In this document: one piece after another, positions 57,680 through 64,000 of the stretch | Numbering within the stretch: position 1 is the first letter of the stretch | Layout of the letters: every line of letters starts with the position of its first letter | Source of the DNA: Candidatus Woykebacteria bacterium | GTDB lineage: Bacteria > Patescibacteriota > Microgenomatia > Woykebacterales > RBG-16-39-9b | Assembly (NCBI GenBank): GCA_040876345.1 | Contig: JBBDPM010000006.1 | Span: 456,547-520,546 of the forward strand | Direction of reading: 5' to 3' | Length of the DNA stretch: 64,000 nt | Made by a program: the position numbers and the translations under genes | The notes under the pieces: generated by a model | What the model saw: the letters and a program-made list of their open reading frames with translations, nothing else | The model's database searches: none | What the model was told of the DNA's origin: nothing

Positions 57680-58786
57680 CTAGAGCTTTTTAGCAAACTG
57701 GGAGGCGATCCAGCCGGATTTTGCGGAGGAGAGCTCTATCTGATACCAATAGTTTTTCTCAGAAAGCAGCTCGTAAATCTCTCCCGGATTTATTTTTTGA
57801 ATAATCGAAAAACTTGTTCCTGGACCGGCTCTTACATTTAGGAAGGCGTTTGGAGTATCAAGAATGGTGACTTTTTTTGATGAGCTTTTGGCCGAAGTAG
57901 ATTTCGAAATATTGCTCCAAACTTTTAAAGCTGGAGAGCTTAACTTGCCAGGGTCAGTTCCTAAATACCCTACTTTAACTTCCTTTTTCTTTTCCCATCC
58001 GTTCTCTAAAGTGTAGGTTTTACCACTGATGTCGATAAGCAGATCAAACTTTTCTGGAACGTCCTTACTAGTTTTTTGAAAATGCCAAATGCCTTCTGCC
58101 CATGTCTGTGCATCGCCGCTGAGATCTGAGTTTGATGTTGATAGATCAAATAAAGTAAAGTTCTTATTTTCGTCTGCCTTCTTGACCTGTTGTGGGTATG
58201 GGTCTAGTGCTAGCGATACCCAGGCGACTAATCCGTAGCCCTCCTCAATGTTTATCCCTAACCCTCTTGTTAAATATCCTTTTTTCGACACAGTAAGAGT
58301 ATAAATCCCAGAGTCGGCTATCTGTGATAGAGGTGAGTTACCAAGTGTTTTTCCGTTCAAGGAAATTTCAGCATCTCCTGGTGAGGTCACGATAGATATC
58401 CCCCCACCTTCCCGCAAACCCAAAATCTCTCCGGCGGAAAACTTTTCGGTAGGACCAAATTCATAGTTTACGATAGTAATCGCGCCGGGGTTCAAATCAA
58501 CCTTTTGGCTAAACTCGGCGGCTTTGACCTCCTCGTTAGCTAAATTATCTCCTAAGGTGGCAACATTGGCTTTCATGCTTAAACTGTATCCTCCCACCTT
58601 CAAATTCTTCTGTTGGAGTGGGGTTTTGCCAATTAAATTACCACCCAGAAAGACTTCGGCTTCATAGTTAGATTCAATTTTAAGGAATCCTTGTGGCGGT
58701 TTAAGAGCCGGTAATAAATATTGGTAAGCGATAAAGCCAAGAGCTAAGAGCAATATTAAACTTAGAAGTTGCAAAAATTTCCCCAT
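57680..58786 (-). CDS. PEGA domains + C-terminal SH3b domain protein
   Basis: GKTPL/GNSPL PEGA repeats; LNVRAGPGTSF...GWIAS. Confidence 0.88.
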   Translation of the reverse strand: MGKFLQLLSLILLLALGFIAYQYLLPALKPPQGFLKIESNYEAEVFLGGNLIGKTPLQQKNLKVGGYSLSMKANVATLGDNLANEEVKAAEFSQKVDLNPGAITIVNYEFGPTEKFSAGEILGLREGGGISIVTSPGDAEISLNGKTLGNSPLSQIADSGIYTLTVSKKGYLTRGLGINIEEGYGLVAWVSLALDPYPQQVKKADENKNFTLFDLSTSNSDLSGDAQTWAEGIWHFQKTSKDVPEKFDLLIDISGKTYTLENGWEKKKEVKVGYLGTDPGKLSSPALKVWSNISKSTSAKSSSKKVTILDTPNAFLNVRAGPGTSFSIIQKINPGEIYELLSEKNYWYQIELSSAKSGWIASQFAKKL

Positions 58787-58869
58787 GCTAGAAGAGAAAG
58801 AATAACACAAGAGTCTGACTACGTAAACTCACCTTGTTAAAATTATTCAAAGCTGATAGATTTTAGTTA

Positions 58870-59406
58870 ATGCTCAAGATCTCTGCTCTAAAACTTGTAG
58901 ATAGGTTAATCGCTCCGATAGTGTTGGTTTTTGGTACCAAGTATATTGCCGTTTTAGCGATAAATTTGGTCTTCGATTTTCACTGGGACATGGGATTTTC
59001 CTCTCAGCAGGTATTTTCATTGCCGTTTATCAATTATTCAAATGCGGCCGACTTAGTATTTACAAACACCCTCTCGTCGTTTCTTATGGTGATAGTTTTA
59101 GCACTGGGTTTTACCTTCATTCTTTTGAGATTTCAAAATTTTACCAAAAATCGAGTAAAACCTAAAGTGGCTTCAAGGTTGAGCAAAAAGAGTATGGAAT
59201 ATCTTCTTATCGACGAGGAAGAAGCGTTTCACCAAGTGCTCGCTTGGTATGTTTTATCTTGGGTTGTCTTTCTGTTGGTCCTAGGCGAGTTTTTGGCTAG
59301 TAGCGTAAGCCCTATTGTGCTTAGCTTTAGCTTAACAGTAGTTTTTGTTCTGACGGTTTTGAGTACTATAGAAGCTCATAAAAGCCTTTACGAAGGCACC
59401 AAATAA
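58870..59406 (+). CDS. Four-TM hypothetical membrane protein
   Basis: Hydrophobicity pattern only. Confidence 0.6.
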   Translation: MLKISALKLVDRLIAPIVLVFGTKYIAVLAINLVFDFHWDMGFSSQQVFSLPFINYSNAADLVFTNTLSSFLMVIVLALGFTFILLRFQNFTKNRVKPKVASRLSKKSMEYLLIDEEEAFHQVLAWYVLSWVVFLLVLGEFLASSVSPIVLSFSLTVVFVLTVLSTIEAHKSLYEGTK

Positions 59407-60308
59407 ATAATAATAAATACTGAAGAAAGCCACAGGATAATAGTTGCTAGTAAAGGAAAATCCGTAACTAAAACTTTCTCTGGTGACTCTCCTTTACCCT
59501 CAAAAATTAAATAAAGATAGCGCAAAATTCCATAAACCACCAAGGGAATTGTGGCCATGAGCCATTTTGGAGATGCCAAAGTTTGGGGCAAAAAGGAAAT
59601 AATAAATTCTTTGCTGTGCGTCTCTAACTCATTAAAGGTAAAAATACTGTAAGTTATTAGAGTCGCCGTACCCATCATAAAAGTGACCCCATCTAGAAAT
59701 TTTGTTGGGTAGTAATAAAGAGTTTCGCGGTGTTTTGCTGCAAGTTTGTGGGTTAGGATAGTTAACTCCGCTCTTCTTTTTCCGGAAGCAAGGAGCAAGG
59801 AAAGCATTATCGTGGTCAGAATCAACCAGGAGGATAGAGGAACCCCGATTATAAAAGAGCCAGCAAATACTCTGAGCATAAATCCAAGGGCAATCGTGGT
59901 TATATCCAAAAGGATAATAAATTTCAGTAAGAAGTTATAGGTGAGTTGAAGAATAATAAACACTAGCGCAATGGTAAAAAGGTAAGTTGATAGCTGGAAG
60001 CTAGTGTAAAGGCCTGCTATTGTCAAAAACAAAGAAATTACCAAAGCTAAGTTTTTGTCAATTTTACCCTGAGCAATTGGCCGCAGTCTCTTGTACAGGT
60101 GAGCTTTATCCCGCTCGATATCAAAGACGTCATTAACTAGGTACATTGATGAGGAGAGGATGTTGAAAATCCAGAATGATGCAAAAACAGGTAGCAGAAA
60201 AGATTCTTGAAAAAATTTACCTGAAAAAAGTATTGCGGCAAATACAGCTAAATTTTTTAACCATTGCAGAGGGCGCAGGCTTATCAGTACCGATTTAAAG
60301 CTAATCAT
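59388..60308 (-). CDS. UbiA-family decaprenyl-phosphate phosphoribosyltransferase-like protein
   Basis: RPLQWLKN, NDVFDIERD, RPIAQG and KRRAEL motifs. Confidence 0.9.
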   Translation of the reverse strand: MISFKSVLISLRPLQWLKNLAVFAAILFSGKFFQESFLLPVFASFWIFNILSSSMYLVNDVFDIERDKAHLYKRLRPIAQGKIDKNLALVISLFLTIAGLYTSFQLSTYLFTIALVFIILQLTYNFLLKFIILLDITTIALGFMLRVFAGSFIIGVPLSSWLILTTIMLSLLLASGKRRAELTILTHKLAAKHRETLYYYPTKFLDGVTFMMGTATLITYSIFTFNELETHSKEFIISFLPQTLASPKWLMATIPLVVYGILRYLYLIFEGKGESPEKVLVTDFPLLATIILWLSSVFIIIYLVPS

Positions 60309-61404
60309 TAGATTTTACCCCAAATTTTCTGGCAACAGCGGCTATTGTTAGAAGAGCTGCTAAAAGAATTGCAAAAATCATTACAATGGCGAAGAATTTA
60401 CCGCGGCTATCTAAACTGATTGCGAAAATCGCAAATAGAGCGGTTAAAAAATAATAAAAAATAGCTATTTTAGGTATGCTCCATCCTAAGGCAATCAGAT
60501 GGTGGTGTAAATGCTCTTTGTCTCCCCAAACTGGAATTTTGCCAGATAAGACTCTTCTCCCAACCGTCCAGGCACCGTCCACTAAAGGTACTGCTAGTAC
60601 AATTGCGGCTATGGCAAGCTTCCCACCGGCTAAAATAGATAAAACCGCAATCATAAAACCAGCTAAGCTTGCACCGCTATAGCCGGGCATAATTTTTTGC
60701 GGGAAAAAGCTCCAGGGAAGGAACCCCAGGTATGAGCCAGCGGTTGCAAAAGCCAAAATTGCCAGCGGTACTTGGGATGGATCTGAAGATAAATAACTTA
60801 TCGATACGAATCCTAAAGTTACGCTGGCAATCGCGGCAATTCCGGAAATTTGCCCGTCAACGCCGGAAGACCAGTTCAAGGCGTTCATGAGCCAAGCTAT
60901 CCACAAAAACGCAAAAAGATCAGCAAATAGAACGATTGAATGAGGCCCCCCAAAGGGGTAACCCTGAGGCAGGGTGAAATGCAGAATTATTTCATCAAAA
61001 CGAATTTGCCCCCCAAATGGATTTGTAATCCAATTTATACCAACTCCGAAGGCAACTACTGCTAAAGCCGCCAAAAAATTACTTAAGAGTCTTACGTAAG
61101 GGTTGATGTCATATTTATCATCTAGCAAACCGACAACCACTACTATCAAAGCACCTAAGAAGACCCCAATTATATGTTTAGTTATGAGAGTTGGTTCCAA
61201 AAAAACGAAAAAAAGATAGGTTAAAAGTATTGCGGCAAATATTGCTAGTCCACCCCCCCTGGGAAGGGGCTTTTTGTGTAAGATAGCTGGATGCGGCCTT
61301 GTTGGGTAGTCTATTATTTTGAAAGCCTGGGAGAGCTTAATTACAAGAGGAGTTATTAAAACTGAGAGTAAAAAACTAACACCAACTACCCACAAAGTAA
61401 TCAT
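60301..61404 (-). CDS. WecA/MraY-family polyprenyl-phosphate GlcNAc-1-P transferase
   Basis: PRGGG, GLLDDK, NALNWSSGVDG and HLHH motifs. Confidence 0.9.
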   Translation of the reverse strand: MITLWVVGVSFLLSVLITPLVIKLSQAFKIIDYPTRPHPAILHKKPLPRGGGLAIFAAILLTYLFFVFLEPTLITKHIIGVFLGALIVVVVGLLDDKYDINPYVRLLSNFLAALAVVAFGVGINWITNPFGGQIRFDEIILHFTLPQGYPFGGPHSIVLFADLFAFLWIAWLMNALNWSSGVDGQISGIAAIASVTLGFVSISYLSSDPSQVPLAILAFATAGSYLGFLPWSFFPQKIMPGYSGASLAGFMIAVLSILAGGKLAIAAIVLAVPLVDGAWTVGRRVLSGKIPVWGDKEHLHHHLIALGWSIPKIAIFYYFLTALFAIFAISLDSRGKFFAIVMIFAILLAALLTIAAVARKFGVKSND

Positions 61405-61412
61405 AACGCGCC

Positions 61413-61751
61413 TTAAGTAGCAATAAGTAAGATTCTAAGGAGGGAATAGCTTATCACTGCTCCGGAAAACAGGGTTGCCCAAGTAATTATTTGGGTAAGA
61501 ACTGGGGATTTAAGCAGTTTTGCAATAAATTGGTTTATTAGAAAGATCAAAATTAAAAGGGAGGGGATAATAAAAAGCCACCTTGGCTCGGCTAACCTTT
61601 CAACCCCCCACACCTTTGAATACCACAGTGGGACTTGAGGCGGGAGTTTCTCAAGATGGGACCAGACTAAATAACTGGAAGCAATAATTATTATTAAAGA
61701 TACAAAAGTTGCAGGGGCATTAATCGGGCGTAGAATCTTTAGAAAGTTCAT
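61413..61751 (-). CDS. DUF1648-like membrane protein
   Basis: LPPQVPLWYS...WG; three TM helices; start uncertain. Confidence 0.6.
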   Translation of the reverse strand: MNFLKILRPINAPATFVSLIIIIASSYLVWSHLEKLPPQVPLWYSKVWGVERLAEPRWLFIIPSLLILIFLINQFIAKLLKSPVLTQIITWATLFSGAVISYSLLRILLIAT

Positions 61752-63249
61752 AAATTGCATAATCTTCTGAAATGGCAAAGAGATTATAACTTCTCTTAAC
61801 AAACCTGTCCAATTCAGGGAATGGTGGAGATCCTAAGGTATCTAAAATTATATATTTTGGCTTGCTTCGTTCTAGGTCGTTGACCACCCTATCCTTAGCA
61901 GTACTACTGCCTGATACATGAAAGGCCGTTATATATCTTGAAGCTGGGTCAAGCCCTGATAGGAAGTATATTGAAGGTTGGTTTGCCCAAAGGTAAATTT
62001 TTTCATTGGCTGACTCTAGGTTTTTGCATTCAGGTTGATCTCCTTTGGCACATCGTGTAAATAGAGATGCCACAGCGTAGTTTCTACTTGTGTTTGCATC
62101 GAAATTATTTTGAAATTCTTCCACGGAGATTCGGTTAGTGGCTAAGTTAAAAAAGTTGGGGTAGTAGGCTAGGACGTTTACATTGGGTTTAAATCCGAGA
62201 AGGGCACTTAAAATCAAAACAATACCGATAATAGAGAAACCAAATTTCCTGAATCTTACATCAGTGAGAGCTTTAGCTAGTATTATAGAAAAAGGGGCTG
62301 CTGCCTGTATTAAATAATGAAAATAGGGTCTTCCTCCAAAAACAGCCCCGTAGTAACTGAATGCTAGCCACAAAACTGAAATTTCTACAGCACCTGGCAC
62401 ACTAGCAGCCCTCTTTTTAGAGAGAAAAAACCTCCAAAAGTAATAAAGAACAATTGCAATCACGGGCAAGAATTTTAGTACTAAAAGGCCGTTTGGAATA
62501 ATAAATTCATTACCATAATTTGTATATGATGCGTTAAAGAAGAAAGCGGAATTTATGTAGGAAGAAAGAGTACCCCTTGAAGCAAAGTACACTAAAGTAA
62601 GAGCAAAGGGAATTGCAAAGCCCACTATCAATTTAAATAAGTTTACAAGCGTTGGCAGAGCCCCATTTTTACGTACGAAGAGAAAAACGAAAACAAAAAA
62701 AGCCGCAAAATCAAAAATTGCTGGAAACTTCAGAAGAAGAGCCAAGGAAAAAAATATTCCCGAGATAAGAAAGTGGTTTCTTAAACCGAAAAGTAAAGCA
62801 AGACAAGCGGGAAGGATAATTAGAATCTCGCTGTTAACGATATTTCCTTCAGTCAGTGGAGTAGTAGTTAAGGCGGCTAGTATTATCAAACCGAAAAACG
62901 CAGTTTTTTTGTCGAAGAGTTCTTTTACCAACAAATAAAAACATACCAATGTTGGGATCATCCATATACCTAACAGAAACTTAAATGACCAAACCATATC
63001 ACCGAAAAGCTTAGTAGACCAGGCTGCCAAGTAATAAATTCCAGGGGTTTTATGATCGAAAATTTCAGCGTAAAGCAAGCCACCCCGATTAATTTTTTGC
63101 CCAATCACCAAATAAATTGCCTCGTCTCCATACCAGAGAGGCTCAAGTAAAGAGGGAATACGGAGTATGAAAACAATAAGAACAATTAAAATAAGAAGTC
63201 TTTGGGAAGAGGCGAACTGTTCTATTTTACCTAAGTAATTTTTCACCAT
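61720..63249 (-). CDS. GT-C (GT39/ArnT-like) membrane glycosyltransferase
   Basis: YGDEAIY, DHKTPGIY and HYLIQ motifs; polytopic. Confidence 0.85.
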   Translation of the reverse strand: MVKNYLGKIEQFASSQRLLILIVLIVFILRIPSLLEPLWYGDEAIYLVIGQKINRGGLLYAEIFDHKTPGIYYLAAWSTKLFGDMVWSFKFLLGIWMIPTLVCFYLLVKELFDKKTAFFGLIILAALTTTPLTEGNIVNSEILIILPACLALLFGLRNHFLISGIFFSLALLLKFPAIFDFAAFFVFVFLFVRKNGALPTLVNLFKLIVGFAIPFALTLVYFASRGTLSSYINSAFFFNASYTNYGNEFIIPNGLLVLKFLPVIAIVLYYFWRFFLSKKRAASVPGAVEISVLWLAFSYYGAVFGGRPYFHYLIQAAAPFSIILAKALTDVRFRKFGFSIIGIVLILSALLGFKPNVNVLAYYPNFFNLATNRISVEEFQNNFDANTSRNYAVASLFTRCAKGDQPECKNLESANEKIYLWANQPSIYFLSGLDPASRYITAFHVSGSSTAKDRVVNDLERSKPKYIILDTLGSPPFPELDRFVKRSYNLFAISEDYAIYELSKDSTPD

Positions 63250-63314
63250 TCAAGCAGTACCAAAATTTTAACTCAGAGTTCGATTTAATTCAATGAGTCT
63301 TAGATGTAGCACTT

Positions 63315-64000
63315 TTACTTTTTACTTATCTTCTCCGTAACTTGATAATCAAGCCTCTTGCCCAATATGAGTCTTGTGTGGGCATCCATTCCGGGGAGGG
63401 CACCAAAGAGGAGACCAGTTAAAGGTAAAAGAATATACTGAAGAATGGTGAAAGGCAGGAAACTTTTCTTGAAGTATTCTGGTCTTGGAGGTCGAAGGAG
63501 CCAATCAACCACAATTACACAAACAATAAAAATTGCACAGACTGTTAATATAAACCCGGAAATTCTGGGTAAATAAAAGCCCAGAGCAGTAAATCGAAAA
63601 GCGGGATTGATCAAAGGTGGGATACTTGCCCCCAGTGTTAAGAGCCACCAGTTTGCCGGCCAAAGAAGATGCTGCTCCAAGGCCCTTGCAAATCTAAAAA
63701 AGAAATTAATCTTTGATATTTCGGCTCTTCTCTTCCAAAACTCCCTAATTGCGTAACCAATATCAGTTACTCCCCAGGCCCAACGCCGGTTTTGTTTGTA
63801 CTGGGCTTGAAGAGATTTCCAGTAAGAAGACCCTTCGGCAGCGTCAGCAAATAGTGGTAAAAATATAGAGTCGAGGCTCACCGAACCTTTATGGAGGAAG
63901 AAGGCTTTAAAAAATAGATGCCAATCCTCAGCTACAACATCAGCGTCCCAGAAATTAGTTTCTTCCAAAAGATTCCAGGAAAGTGAGTAGGTGGAATAGT
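63315..64000 (-). CDS. GT2-family glycosyltransferase, 5'-truncated by the window edge
   Basis: AEDWH and QNRRWAWG motifs; the frame is open to the window end. Confidence 0.85.
   Translation of the reverse strand, partial: YSTYSLSWNLLEETNFWDADVVAEDWHLFFKAFFLHKGSVSLDSIFLPLFADAAEGSSYWKSLQAQYKQNRRWAWGVTDIGYAIREFWKRRAEISKINFFFRFARALEQHLLWPANWWLLTLGASIPPLINPAFRFTALGFYLPRISGFILTVCAIFIVCVIVVDWLLRPPRPEYFKKSFLPFTILQYILLPLTGLLFGALPGMDAHTRLILGKRLDYQVTEKISKK

Noticed and set aside
57454-57693. 79-aa ORF on the plus strand
   Set aside because: It is antisense to tRNA-Cys and spurious.

Overview
This window looks like the replication-origin region of a Patescibacteria (CPR, probably Microgenomates-like) chromosome; the taxonomy is inferred from gene content and style. 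The backbone is AT-rich (about 30-45% GC in spot counts). It carries two tRNA-Ser genes, tmRNA-smpB, and a cluster of six VirB2/TrbC-like pilin genes with a GT-C glycosyltransferase inside it. These are followed by the rest of a chromosomal T4SS-like locus (SLT-M23 hydrolase, VirB6-like, PrgI, VirB4) that abuts recF-dnaN-oriC-dnaA-rpmH-rnpA-yidC-jag, then housekeeping genes (rnhA, rplY, valS, tsaD, galU, groES/EL), an ECF sigma/anti-sigma pair, tRNA-Cys and an envelope-glycosylation cluster. The main anomaly is four GC-rich units (about 55-60% GC) with no mobility genes nearby: a fatty-acid desaturase (1-590), a 922-aa orphan inside the T4SS locus (16.9-20.3 kb), a stand-alone ~400-nt RNA/small-peptide unit (41.0-41.5 kb), and an MFE-2-like hydratase plus dehydrogenase pair (48.6-50.7 kb). 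All four end in a long GC-rich hairpin. The three whose 5' ends are visible have strong Shine-Dalgarno (SD) sites, and two share the same ordered leader motifs (GGAGGTCGCGC-RTG ... AAAGGAGGCCGT). The orphan has a ~560-nt leader containing a PPPW leader-peptide attenuator and a ~294-nt multi-stem RNA that sequesters its ribosome-binding site. The interpretation of these units as a dedicated class of stabilised, possibly host-directed transcripts is a hypothesis. No database searches or folding programs were run.
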